The notes under the pieces: model-generated
The model's database searches: none
Told to the model about the DNA's origin: nothing
What the model saw: only the letters and a program-made list of their open reading frames with translations
Shown here: piece by piece, positions 38,528 to 48,272 of the stretch
How the letters are laid out: each line of letters begins with the position of its first letter
How positions within the stretch are numbered: position 1 is the first letter of the stretch
Source of the DNA: an uncultured Candidatus Binatia bacterium
GTDB lineage: Bacteria > Desulfobacterota > Binatia > UBA9968 > JAJDTQ01
Direction: 5' to 3'
NCBI GenBank assembly: GCA_965242525.1
Contig: OZ251459.1
Location: 3,936,001 to 4,000,000, forward strand
Length of the DNA stretch: 64,000 bases
Translations under genes and position numbers: made by a program

Positions 38528-39499
38528 ATGGCCAAGTATTGGCAGATCGCCGCTGGCTACCAAGGACGACGCTACGGAGAGTTGTTCTTGAAATACGGGA
38601 TGGCGTTCATAGGCGATAAGACACGTATGGACAAGGTGTCCGTTGGAGACATACTCGTTCTTAAGGATGGGAAAACGGCCATCCGGGCAGTCGGCGAGGT
38701 CCAGAGAAACGCTGACGGCGACAAGGACTGGCTCAAGGACTTCGACGGATGGGATCTGTCACACTACAAGTACGTTAATTGGAAAATTCCTTTGAACGGG
38801 AAGGAGGGTGTCAAGGGGCTCGGGCTCGTGCAAGGCATGTTGAAGAGGATTCACAAGCAACAACTGCGGCAGCGCGTGGACACGATCTGGGCAGAGGGGG
38901 GAGAGTGCAAACCTTGCGAAGAACCAAAGCCAACCAACCAGGTGACAGACAAGGAATTGCTCAGGTTTTTGCTTCAGCAGGGGTTTCGTCCAAGCTCTGC
39001 CGACGAGTTGATACGGACGATCTCCAAGGTCCGGCTGCTCGCCGACTACTACTACGAGTACAAGAAGAAGAAAGACATCCGGGAGCGTGAGACGAGGACG
39101 TTTCTCGTCGTCCCTCTACTTCTGGCATTGGGATGGTCGGAACAGCAACTCAAGATCGAGCAGCCTTGTGGTAGAAAACGGGCCGATATAGCGTGCTTCC
39201 GACCAATATACAATGGAAGTCATGAAGATTGTGTATCTGTGATCGAGACGAAAGGGTTTTCTATAGGTCTAGAGTACGCACAGAAGCAGGCGATCGAATA
39301 CGCCGGGGAATTCCCGAACTGCAGGACCATGGTTCTGACCAACGGATATTGCTACAAGGTCTTTGTAAAGGACGACGACGGTTTTACTCCGAATCCCACC
39401 GCCTATCTCAACCTGCGGGACCCGCGTCAGAGGTACCCACTTGACCCGGAGAACGTAGATGGCGCGTGTAGAGCGATCAAGTGTTTGCTGCCGAACTAG
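38528..39499 (+). CDS. Putative restriction endonuclease: N-terminal PUA/EVE-like domain plus HsdR_N-like PD-(D/E)XK domain
   Basis: ERETRTFLVVPLLLALGW, RADIA, VIETK, QAIEYA, LTNG; GGAGG RBS. Confidence 0.72.
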   Translation: MAKYWQIAAGYQGRRYGELFLKYGMAFIGDKTRMDKVSVGDILVLKDGKTAIRAVGEVQRNADGDKDWLKDFDGWDLSHYKYVNWKIPLNGKEGVKGLGLVQGMLKRIHKQQLRQRVDTIWAEGGECKPCEEPKPTNQVTDKELLRFLLQQGFRPSSADELIRTISKVRLLADYYYEYKKKKDIRERETRTFLVVPLLLALGWSEQQLKIEQPCGRKRADIACFRPIYNGSHEDCVSVIETKGFSIGLEYAQKQAIEYAGEFPNCRTMVLTNGYCYKVFVKDDDGFTPNPTAYLNLRDPRQRYPLDPENVDGACRAIKCLLPN

Positions 39500-40002
39500 G
39501 CCTTTCCGCAGGTTCGGGCGAGAACGTACGCAGTCTGGATGTTGCCGGCTTCCGACCGGCGGCGGAGCAACGATCTTTCGTCGAAAGCCGGGAACAGGAA
39601 GAGCTTGCAGTCAGGCTTCGGGCTGCATTTGAAGCCGAACCTATCGAGGACGGCATGAATCACCCGGCCGAAACGACCATCGGAAGGGCATTGCAGTCCG
39701 AGAAAGGTCGGGACGTTCTCGAATGGTTGAGGACCTTTGCCCTGGATACCGCTCGCCCGGGTTTCGCGGCGTCGGTTCTGCGGTGCCTGGGGCGTCAAGA
39801 GCGTCCGGGGACTGGTTCATGGCGCGTCGGCCTCGTGCGCGATGGGTTGGCTACGGAGGATGTGGGGATCAGGGACGCCGCTGTGCAAGCGGCGGAACTA
39901 TGGGGCGACCGGAACATGCGGAAGGTTCTCGATGAGCATTCCGAACCGGTGTTTTGGCTTCGAGACTACGTTCGAGACGTCATCAAGGACCTTCCACATT
40001 GA
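39481..40002 (+). CDS. Hypothetical protein, HEAT-repeat-like
   Basis: GLATEDVGIRDAAVQAAELWGD helix pair; start uncertain. Confidence 0.55.
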   Translation: MFAAELGLSAGSGENVRSLDVAGFRPAAEQRSFVESREQEELAVRLRAAFEAEPIEDGMNHPAETTIGRALQSEKGRDVLEWLRTFALDTARPGFAASVLRCLGRQERPGTGSWRVGLVRDGLATEDVGIRDAAVQAAELWGDRNMRKVLDEHSEPVFWLRDYVRDVIKDLPH

Positions 40003-40097
40003 CGGCCTTCGGGCCGAAATGGTGAGATGAAGAGTCGGTTCGAACCTGACCTCGACACCCAACGCCAAGTATCCGGCGCATCCTCTCCGGGAGCGGC

Positions 40098-41270
40098 TCA
40101 ACCTCCCCCGTAAACCTTCTCGGCCGCGCCCACGGCGTCCGCGGTGGGGACCGGGGCGCCTTCGTCGTTCAGGATGCGCCCCAGGGCGTCCACGAGCCGG
40201 AGCACGTTCTCCCGCCGGCTCGATTCCCCCATGAGTCCGATGCGCCAGGTCTTTCCGGCCAGGGCGCCGAGTCCGCCGCCGATCTCGATGTCGAAGTCCA
40301 GCAGCAGCCGTTTGCGGATGGCGGCGTCGTCCAGTCCTTCGGGGATGCGCACGCTGTTGAGCATCCACAGGCGGTGGCCCTCCTGCGACGCCAGGGGGAT
40401 GCCCAGGACCTCCAGCCCCGCGGCCAGCGCCCGGTGGTTCCGCTGGTGGCGCTCGAACCGGGCTTCCAGGCCTTCCCGCCGGACCTCGCCCAGGGCCGCG
40501 TGGAGAGCGTAGTTCATGGAGATGGGCGCGGTGTGGTGGTAGGCCCGGTCCTCGCCCCAGTAACGTTCGATCATGGTCAGGTCCAGGTACCAGCTACGCA
40601 CCTTGCTCCGCCGCCGGGCCAGCTTTTCGCGCGCGGCCCGGTCGAACGACACCGGGGACAACCCCGGCGGGCAGCTCAGGCACTTCTGCGTGCCGCTGTA
40701 GCAGGCGTCCACGTTCCATGCGTCGATGGCCACCGGACATCCCCCCAGCGAGGTGACGGTGTCCAGCACCAGCAGCGCGCCGGCGTCGTGGGCGAGCCGG
40801 GAGATCTCCTCCACAGGCTGCCACACTCCGGTTGAGGTCTCCGCGTGCACCAGAGTCACGATATCGACCCGGTTTTCCTTCAGCGCCTGCTCCACCTGCT
40901 CCGGGCGGACGACCTCGCCCCAGGGGGCCTCCACCTTCACCAAGTTCCCGCCCAGGCGCTCCACGATGTCCGCCATGCGCGTGCCGAAGACGCCGTTGAC
41001 GCACACCAGCACCGTGTCCCCCTCCTCGACGAGGTTCACGAGGCATGCCTCCATGCCCGCGCTGCCGGTGCCCGACACCGGGAACGTCAGTTCGTTCTCC
41101 GTGTGGAACAGCCAGCGCAGCAGGCCCTTGGTCTCTTCCATGACCTTGAAGAACTCCGGGTCCAGGTGGCCCACCACCGGCGCCGACAGCGCCTCCAGGA
41201 CCTTGGGGTGCGGGTTGCTGGGGCCGGGTCCGAGCAGGATCCTCTCGGGTGGGTTCAGGGGTGAAGCCAT
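40098..41270 (-). CDS. Alanine-glyoxylate/serine-pyruvate aminotransferase (class V PLP)
   Basis: LLGPGPSN, HAETSTG, YSGTQKCLSCPPG, YHHT, WRIGLMG. Confidence 0.93.
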   Translation of the reverse strand: MASPLNPPERILLGPGPSNPHPKVLEALSAPVVGHLDPEFFKVMEETKGLLRWLFHTENELTFPVSGTGSAGMEACLVNLVEEGDTVLVCVNGVFGTRMADIVERLGGNLVKVEAPWGEVVRPEQVEQALKENRVDIVTLVHAETSTGVWQPVEEISRLAHDAGALLVLDTVTSLGGCPVAIDAWNVDACYSGTQKCLSCPPGLSPVSFDRAAREKLARRRSKVRSWYLDLTMIERYWGEDRAYHHTAPISMNYALHAALGEVRREGLEARFERHQRNHRALAAGLEVLGIPLASQEGHRLWMLNSVRIPEGLDDAAIRKRLLLDFDIEIGGGLGALAGKTWRIGLMGESSRRENVLRLVDALGRILNDEGAPVPTADAVGAAEKVYGGG

Positions 41271-41344
41271 GCGGGTTGCTCCTGTGGTTCGCTTGTGAGC
41301 GGTTCGGGCGCGGTGTATCCTGACGGTTCAGATTCCCTCTACCT

Positions 41345-41412
41345 GTGGGAAAGCGCGTCCTTCGAAGCACGTCCTTCGACTTCGCTTCGCTACGCTCAGG
41401 ACGAACGGGGAT
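41345..41412 (-). repeat. REP core of the MITE family (subfamily B, no clear TIRs)
   Basis: GGGAAAGCGCGTCCTTCGAAGCACGTCCTTCGACTTCGCTTCGCTACGCTCAGGACGAACGGGGA, with an internal duplication. Confidence 0.8.
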
Positions 41413-41484
41413 AGACGGTTGCCTCGCGTAGGCTATAGCAACAGCGGCCGGCGCCATCAACCGGTGCGCACGAACCCTCCCTCC

Positions 41485-43050
41485 ATGAGCCCCGCTTCCA
41501 TGAGCTCCATAAGCCTTCCCAAGCGGTTGGAGCAGGCCCTCGTCCGGGACGGCCTGTTGGCGCCGGGAGACGCGGTGCTCGTGGGCGTGTCCGGCGGCCC
41601 GGACTCGGTGGCGCTCCTGCAACTCCTGCGGGAGGTCGGCCCCTCCCTCCGCCTGAGCCTGGAGGTGGCCCACGTGGACCACGGCATCCGGGGGCGGCAG
41701 GGCCGGGACGACTGCGAGTTCGTCCGGGGCATGGCCGACCGGCTGTCGCTGCCCTTCCACTTGGCCCGGCTCGACCTCGGGGAGGACGGAGACTACCGCG
41801 GCCCGGGGAACCTCGAAGCCCGCGCGCGCGAGCGGCGTTACCGGTTCTTCGCGCAGGTGGCCTCGGAGCGGCGCATGGGCAAGGTCGCGGTGGGGCACAA
41901 CCGCGACGACCAGGTGGAGACCATGCTCATGTGGCTGCTCCGGGGCTGCGGGCCGGAAGGGTTGCAGGGCATGCCCGCGGCGCGGCCCCTGGCGCGGTCC
42001 CCGGAGGGCGCCGGCCCTGCGGTGTTGATCCGGCCGCTGCTGGACGTGTCCCGGGAGGATATCCTCGCGTTCCTGGAGAGCCGGGGCCTGGACCATCGGG
42101 AAGACCCCACCAACCGGGACCCGCGTTACCTGCGCAACTGGCTCCGGGGCACGGTCCTGCCCGAGCTCCGCAGCCGGAGCGACGGCGCGATGGAGCGCCG
42201 GCTCGCGCGGCTGGGCGGGATGCTGCGGTCCGACCACGCGCTCCTGGAACGGCAGGCGGCGGCCGCGTACCCGGGAGTGGCCCGGGGCGGCGCGCTGGAC
42301 CGTGCCGGCTTCCTGGCCCTGGACCCCGAGTTCCGCCCCCGCATGGCGCGGTTCTGGTTGCGCCGGGAGTTGGGGACGCTCCGGCGCATCGGCTTCGCCC
42401 ACGTGGACGCGGTCACGAAGCTCGTCTCCGGCGACCGTCCCCACGGCCGGGTCTCCCTGCCCGGCGGCTGGACCGCGGTTCGGCAGTACGACACCGTCCG
42501 GCTGACTCGGCAGGCGGAGGACTCCCGACGGGCGGCCCCTCATGCGGAAGACTCCCATGCGGAAGACTCCCATGCGGAAGACCCCCGTGCGGAAGACCCC
42601 CGTGCAGCGGACTCCCGCGAGGCGGACTCCCGCCCGGCGGACTATTCCTATCCGCTCCCGTTGGAGGGGGAGGTCTCGGTTCCCGAGGCCGGCGTCCGGG
42701 TCACCGCGTGGCGCTCCCGCAGGCGGGAGCTGCCCGAGGACCCCTTCGAGGCGGTCTTCGACCTGTCCGGCCTGGGGCGCCCGGAGGGGCGGCTGCATCT
42801 GCGGAACCCCCGCCCCGGCGACCGCTTCCGGCCCCTGGGCATGGCCGGGCGCAAGAAGCTGAAAGACCTGTTCATCGACCGGAAGGCCCCCCGGAGCCGG
42901 CGCAGGACCGCGCCGTTGCTGGTGGTGGGGGACGAGATCGCGTGGATCCCCGGCTACGCGCGCAGCGGCCTGGCCCGGGTGGGGCCGGAGACCCGGGAGG
43001 TCTGGCGGGTCCGGGTCTCGCGCCGCCCCGACGCGGGGGACCCCGATTGA
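41485..43050 (+). CDS. tilS: tRNA(Ile)-lysidine synthase
   Basis: VSGGPDS, HVDHGIR, EARARERRY, GHNRDDQVET, IRPLL, KKLKDLFID; start 41485 or 41500. Confidence 0.95.
   Translation: MSPASMSSISLPKRLEQALVRDGLLAPGDAVLVGVSGGPDSVALLQLLREVGPSLRLSLEVAHVDHGIRGRQGRDDCEFVRGMADRLSLPFHLARLDLGEDGDYRGPGNLEARARERRYRFFAQVASERRMGKVAVGHNRDDQVETMLMWLLRGCGPEGLQGMPAARPLARSPEGAGPAVLIRPLLDVSREDILAFLESRGLDHREDPTNRDPRYLRNWLRGTVLPELRSRSDGAMERRLARLGGMLRSDHALLERQAAAAYPGVARGGALDRAGFLALDPEFRPRMARFWLRRELGTLRRIGFAHVDAVTKLVSGDRPHGRVSLPGGWTAVRQYDTVRLTRQAEDSRRAAPHAEDSHAEDSHAEDPRAEDPRAADSREADSRPADYSYPLPLEGEVSVPEAGVRVTAWRSRRRELPEDPFEAVFDLSGLGRPEGRLHLRNPRPGDRFRPLGMAGRKKLKDLFIDRKAPRSRRRTAPLLVVGDEIAWIPGYARSGLARVGPETREVWRVRVSRRPDAGDPD
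42514..42645 (+). repeat. In-frame 15-bp tandem repeat inside tilS
   Basis: GCGGAAGAC(T/C)CCC(A/G)T units encoding AEDSH/AEDPR/ADSR. Confidence 0.9.
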
Positions 43051-43055
43051 CTTGG

Positions 43056-43195
43056 GGAACCTCTGAACAATCGAGACATCCGGGATGGATTCCCGATTCC
43101 TTCACCTGACGCCCCTATCCCCGTTCGTCCTGAGCGTAGCGAAGCGAAGTCGAAGGACGCGCTCATGCCCCCTGTCTGGATTGTTCAGAGGTTCC
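43056..43195 (+). mobile_element. Complete 140-bp MITE-like element with TTGG target duplication
   Basis: Near-identical reverse complement of 38371-38511; TTGG at 43052-43055 and 43196-43199. Confidence 0.92.
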
Positions 43196-43358
43196 TTGGG
43201 CCGTTCGGAGAACCGGTTCATCGCCGACCGCCTGGCCGAAGGGGGACCCCGGTTGACTTGGGCCGTTCCCGTCCTTATTGAAACAACTCTACCCGTATGT
43301 TAAGCGTTCCGGTGTGTTGCCTTTTTCCCGCGCATAGCGGAGGTTGGAGAAACCCGGC

Positions 43359-45197
43359 TTGAACCAGGCTACCAAGAACCTTGCCCTGTGGCTCGTGCTC
43401 GGACTGATGTTCCTGCTGCTGTTCAACGTCTTTACCCGGCAGCAGGGCCGCGAGCCCGAGATCATATTCAGCGACTTCTGGTCCGCGGTGCAACGCGGCG
43501 ACATCCAGGAGGTCACCATCCAGGGCCAGCACGTCCACGGCAAGTACCAGAGCGGCGAGCGGTTCCGCACCTTCTCGCCCAACGACCCGGAACTGGTGAA
43601 GACGCTGCGGGAGAAGGACATCCGCATCGCCGCCAAGCCCGAGGACGATTCCCCGTGGTACTTCGTGCTGCTGGTGAACTGGTTCCCCATGCTGCTGCTG
43701 GTGGGCGTGTGGATCTTCTTCATGCGGCAGATGCAGGTGGGGGGCGGCAAGGCCATGTCCTTCGGCAAGAGCCGGGCGCGCCTGCTGAACGAGAACCAGG
43801 CCCGGGTCACGTTCAGCGACGTGGCCGGGGTGGACGAAGCCAAGGACGAGCTGCAGGAAGTCATCGCGTTCCTCAAGGACCCCAAGAAGTTCACCCGGCT
43901 GGGGAGCCGCATCCCCAAGGGCTGCCTCCTGGTGGGACCCCCGGGCACCGGCAAGACCCTGCTGGCCCGGGCCATCGCGGGGGAGGCCGGAGTCCCCTTC
44001 TTCAGCATCAGCGGCTCGGACTTCGTGGAGATGTTCGTGGGCGTGGGCGCCTCGCGGGTCCGCGACCTGTTCGTCCAGGCCAAGAAGCAGGCCCCGTGCA
44101 TCGTCTTCGTGGACGAGATCGACGCGGTGGGGCGCCAGCGCGGGGCCGGCCTCGGGGGCGGACACGACGAGCGGGAGCAGACCCTCAACCAGTTGCTGGT
44201 GGAGATGGACGGCTTCGAGGCCAACGACGGCGTGATCCTCATCGCCGCCACCAACCGGCCGGACGTGCTGGACCCGGCGCTGCTGCGGCCGGGCCGATTC
44301 GACCGCAGGGTGGTGGTGCCCCGGCCCGACGTCAAGGGACGCGAAGGCATACTGGCGGTGCACAGCCGGCGGGTGCCCCTGGACAACGACGTGGACATCC
44401 GGGTGCTCGCCCGGGGGACTCCGGGGTTCGCCGGCGCGGACCTGGAGAACCTGGTCAACGAGGCGGCGCTCCTTGCGGCCCGGCACGACAAGGACAAGGT
44501 CAACATGAACGACTTCGAGTTGGCCAAGGACAAGGTCATGATGGGCTCCGAGCGCAAGAGCATGATCATCAGCGACGAGGAGAAGCGCATCACCGCCTAC
44601 CACGAGTCGGGCCACGCGCTGGTGGCCAAGTTCCTGCCGGGGGCCGACCCGGTCCACAAGGTGACCATCATCCCCCGGGGCATGGCCCTGGGCCTGACCC
44701 AGCAGCTTCCCGTGGACGAAAGGCACAGCCAGCACAAGCAGTACCTGCTCAACAACGTCACCATCCTCTTCGGCGGGCGGGTGGCGGAGGAGCTCGTGCT
44801 GGACCACATGACCACGGGCGCGGGCAACGACATCGAACGAGCCACCGAGATCGCCCGCAGGATGGTGTGCGAGTGGGGCATGAGCGAGAAGCTGGGACCC
44901 ATGACCTTCGGCAAGAAGGAGGAGCAGATCTTCCTCGGGCGCGACTTCACCCAGCAGCAGGACTTTTCGGAAAGCACCGCGGTGGAGATCGACATGGAGA
45001 TCCGGCGCATCATCCAGGAGTGCTACAGCCGGGCCAGGGAGATCCTCACCACGAACATGGACGTCCTGCACCGGATGGCCAGGGAACTGCTCGAGAAGGA
45101 AGTGCTGGACGGCGCGGAGATCGACGTCCTCGTCAAGGAATGCTCGAGGGACAGCGGTCCCGACCTGCCCACGACGCCCGTTCCCGCCTCTTTGTGA
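43359..45197 (+). CDS. ftsH: ATP-dependent zinc metalloprotease FtsH
   Basis: [28 protein letters not shown]; TTG start after GGAGA. Confidence 0.97.
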   Translation: MNQATKNLALWLVLGLMFLLLFNVFTRQQGREPEIIFSDFWSAVQRGDIQEVTIQGQHVHGKYQSGERFRTFSPNDPELVKTLREKDIRIAAKPEDDSPWYFVLLVNWFPMLLLVGVWIFFMRQMQVGGGKAMSFGKSRARLLNENQARVTFSDVAGVDEAKDELQEVIAFLKDPKKFTRLGSRIPKGCLLVGPPGTGKTLLARAIAGEAGVPFFSISGSDFVEMFVGVGASRVRDLFVQAKKQAPCIVFVDEIDAVGRQRGAGLGGGHDEREQTLNQLLVEMDGFEANDGVILIAATNRPDVLDPALLRPGRFDRRVVVPRPDVKGREGILAVHSRRVPLDNDVDIRVLARGTPGFAGADLENLVNEAALLAARHDKDKVNMNDFELAKDKVMMGSERKSMIISDEEKRITAYHESGHALVAKFLPGADPVHKVTIIPRGMALGLTQQLPVDERHSQHKQYLLNNVTILFGGRVAEELVLDHMTTGAGNDIERATEIARRMVCEWGMSEKLGPMTFGKKEEQIFLGRDFTQQQDFSESTAVEIDMEIRRIIQECYSRAREILTTNMDVLHRMARELLEKEVLDGAEIDVLVKECSRDSGPDLPTTPVPASL

Positions 45198-46126
45198 AGC
45201 CGTTCCCGCCGGAGCCGATCCTCGTCACGCGCCACGGGCGGGTGGACATGCGCCGCCGCACCGCGGTGATGGGGATCCTCAACGTCACCCCGGACTCCTT
45301 TTCCGACGGCGGACGTTACCCGGATACCGAGTCCGCGGTGGCCAGGGGCGTCGAGATGGTGCGCCAGGGCGCCAGCGTCGTGGACGTGGGCGGGGAATCC
45401 ACGCGCCCGGGCGCGGACGCGGTCTCGGCCGACGAAGAGCTGGAGCGGGTGCTCCCGGTGATACGGGGGCTGCGGCGCCGGGTCTCGGCGCCCATCAGCA
45501 TCGACACCTACAAGGAGCGGGTGGCGCGGAAGGCGCTGGAGGAAGGCGCGGACATGGTGAACGACGTGAGCGCCTTGCGGTTCGACCCGGCCATGGTCCG
45601 CCTGCTCGCGCAGGAGGAGGTCCCGGTGGTGCTCATGCACATGCAGGGCCGGCCCCGGACCATGCAGCTTGCGCCGCGCTACGGCGACGTGGTGCGCGAG
45701 GTGGCCGGCTTCCTCGGGGAGCGCGTGGCCTTTGCCGTGCGGAACGGCGTCGCCGCCCGCCGGGTCCTGGTGGACCCGGGCATCGGGTTCGGCAAGGACC
45801 CGGAGCACAACCTGACGCTGCTGCGGCGCCTGCCCGCGCTGGCGGCGCTGGGCCGGCCGGTGCTCGTGGGCCTGTCCCGCAAGTCCTTCCTCGGCCGCCT
45901 GGCCGGACCGGGCGCACAGGCGGACCTCCCGTCCGACGAGGGGCCGGACGCCCGCTTGGCGGGCAGCCTTGCCGGGGCCGCGGCCGCGGCGCTGGCCGGG
46001 GCCCACATGGTCCGGGTCCACGACGTGCGGGAGACCTGCCGGGCCCTGGGCGTGGCGGACGCCATCCGGGGGGCGCGCGCGCCGGACGCTCCGGGGCCTG
46101 CGGCGCCCGGGGAAGGGACGCCATGA
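45194..46126 (+). CDS. folP: Dihydropteroate synthase
   Basis: [41 protein letters not shown]. Confidence 0.96.
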   Translation: MKPFPPEPILVTRHGRVDMRRRTAVMGILNVTPDSFSDGGRYPDTESAVARGVEMVRQGASVVDVGGESTRPGADAVSADEELERVLPVIRGLRRRVSAPISIDTYKERVARKALEEGADMVNDVSALRFDPAMVRLLAQEEVPVVLMHMQGRPRTMQLAPRYGDVVREVAGFLGERVAFAVRNGVAARRVLVDPGIGFGKDPEHNLTLLRRLPALAALGRPVLVGLSRKSFLGRLAGPGAQADLPSDEGPDARLAGSLAGAAAAALAGAHMVRVHDVRETCRALGVADAIRGARAPDAPGPAAPGEGTP

Positions 46127-47541
46127 CCCAGGACGCGCCGCGCCCCGCTGCGGACGAGTCCCGGCTGTTCGGCACCGACGGGATCCGCGGCATCGCCAAC
46201 CAGGAGCCCATGACCCCGGAGACGTCGCTGCGGCTGGGCCGGGCCATCGTCCAGGTGGTCAACGAGAGCGCCCGAGGACGTCCCCACGGCGCCCTCGGGC
46301 GCAAGCGCAAGCATCGCTGCCGCATACTCATCGGCAAGGACACGCGCCTTTCCGGCTACATGTTCGAGACCGCGCTGGCGTCGGGGATCTGTTCCATGGG
46401 CGCGGACGTGCTGCTGGTGGGGCCGCTGCCCACCCCGGGGGTGGCCTTCCTCACCCGGAGCATGCGCGCGGACGCCGGGGCGGTGATCTCGGCGTCGCAC
46501 AACGGCTACCAGGACAACGGCATCAAGTTCTTTTCCGGCGACGGCTTCAAGATCCCCGACGAGTGGGAGCGGCGCATGGAAGCCCTGGTGTGGAACGGGG
46601 ACCACGACGCGCACCGACCGGTGGCCACGGAGGTGGGCAAGGCCTACCGCGTCGCCGACGTCATGGGAAGGACCCTCGACTTCCTGAAGAGCGCCTTCCC
46701 CGGCCACCTGACCCTGGAGGGCCTCAAGGTCGTCGTGGACTGCGCCAACGGCGCGGCCTACCGGGTGGCGCCGGAGGTGCTGCGGGAGCTCGGCGCCGAG
46801 GTGGTCCCGGTGGGCGCCGACCCCGACGGGATGAACATCAACCGGGACTGCGGCTCCCTGCACCCGGACAAGGCCCGGGCGGCCTTGCGGGAGCACGGCG
46901 CGAACTTGGCGGTGTGCCTGGACGGCGACGCCGACCGGGCGCTCTTCATCGACGAGCGGGGCGAGTTGCTGGACGGCGACGAGGTGCTGGCCATGTGCGC
47001 CATCGAGAGGAAACGCGCTGGCCGGCTGCCCTCGGACACGGTGGTGGCCACGGTGATGAGCAACATGGGGCTCGACGCGGCCCTGCGGGAGCACGGCATC
47101 CACGTGCTGCGCACGGGCATCGGCGACCGCGAAGTGATGGAGGCCATGCGCCGGGGCGGCCACAACCTCGGGGGCGAGCAGTCGGGGCACCTGGTGTTCC
47201 TGGACCACAACACCACGGGCGACGGCTGTCTCACCGCGCTGCAGGTGCTCGCGCTCATGACCGGGCAGGACAAGCCCCTGGGGGACCTCCGCAAGGTCAT
47301 GCGCAAGCTGCCCCAGGTCATCGTGAACGTCCCGGTGCGCGAGAAGCGGCCCCTGTCCGAGTTGCCCGGGGTGCAGCGGCGCATCGCCGAGAGCGAGCGG
47401 GTCCTGGGCGGCCGGGGCCGGGTGCTGATGCGCTACTCCGGCACCGAGCCGGTGGCCCGGGTCATGGTGGAGGGAGAGTCCGAGGAGGAGATCGGACGGC
47501 TCGCCCGGGGGATCGCCGACGCCGTGGGGGGCGGGGAGTGA
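46123..47541 (+). CDS. glmM: Phosphoglucosamine mutase
   Basis: [32 protein letters not shown]. Confidence 0.96.
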   Translation: MTQDAPRPAADESRLFGTDGIRGIANQEPMTPETSLRLGRAIVQVVNESARGRPHGALGRKRKHRCRILIGKDTRLSGYMFETALASGICSMGADVLLVGPLPTPGVAFLTRSMRADAGAVISASHNGYQDNGIKFFSGDGFKIPDEWERRMEALVWNGDHDAHRPVATEVGKAYRVADVMGRTLDFLKSAFPGHLTLEGLKVVVDCANGAAYRVAPEVLRELGAEVVPVGADPDGMNINRDCGSLHPDKARAALREHGANLAVCLDGDADRALFIDERGELLDGDEVLAMCAIERKRAGRLPSDTVVATVMSNMGLDAALREHGIHVLRTGIGDREVMEAMRRGGHNLGGEQSGHLVFLDHNTTGDGCLTALQVLALMTGQDKPLGDLRKVMRKLPQVIVNVPVREKRPLSELPGVQRRIAESERVLGGRGRVLMRYSGTEPVARVMVEGESEEEIGRLARGIADAVGGGE

Positions 47542-48269
47542 TCCGCCTGGGGGTCAACGTGGACCACGTGGCCACCGTGCGCCAGGCCCGGAGGGCCGCG
47601 GTTCCGGACCCGGTGGATGCGGCGCTGTTGGCCGAGGGCGCGGGCGCCGACGTCATCACGGTCCACCTGCGCGAGGACCGCCGGCACATCCAGGAGCGGG
47701 ACGTGGCCCTGTTGCGGCAACGGCTCACGGCGAAGCTCAACCTGGAGATGGCCGGGACCCCGGAAATGGTCCGGCACGCCCTGGCCCTCCGACCGGACCA
47801 CGTGTGCCTGGTGCCCGAGCGGCGCGAGGAGCTGACCACCGAGGGGGGCCTCGACGTGGCGGCCCACAGGGAGCAGCTCGGGGAGGCGGCGTCCCGTCTC
47901 CGGGCCGCGGGCATCCTCGTGAGCCTGTTCGTGGACCCGGATGCGGAGCAACTGGAAGCCGGCCGGGAGTTGGGAGTGGAGGCTGTGGAGCTCCACACCG
48001 GCGCCTACTGCAACGCCGACGGCCCCCGGGCGAACGAAGAGCTCGACGCCCTGTGGCGGGCCGCGGCCTTCGCCGCGGGCCTGGGCCTGGAGGTCCACGG
48101 CGGCCACGGCCTGGACATCGGCAACGTGGCGCCGGTGGCGGCCATCCCGGAGATGGTCGAGCTCAACGTCGGGCACAGCATCGTGGCCCGGGCGGTCATG
48201 GTGGGGATGGCCCGGGCGGTGGAGGAAATGAAGACCGTCGTAGTCGGGGCGAGAGCCCCGGGGCGGTGA
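47538..48269 (+). CDS. pdxJ: Pyridoxine 5'-phosphate synthase
   Basis: [35 protein letters not shown]. Confidence 0.96.
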   Translation: MIRLGVNVDHVATVRQARRAAVPDPVDAALLAEGAGADVITVHLREDRRHIQERDVALLRQRLTAKLNLEMAGTPEMVRHALALRPDHVCLVPERREELTTEGGLDVAAHREQLGEAASRLRAAGILVSLFVDPDAEQLEAGRELGVEAVELHTGAYCNADGPRANEELDALWRAAAFAAGLGLEVHGGHGLDIGNVAPVAAIPEMVELNVGHSIVARAVMVGMARAVEEMKTVVVGARAPGR

Positions 48270-48272
48270 CCC

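Noticed and set aside
43275-43310. Sigma32-like promoter for ftsH
   Set aside because: TTGAAA is present, but the spacing and -10 match are too poor to support a call
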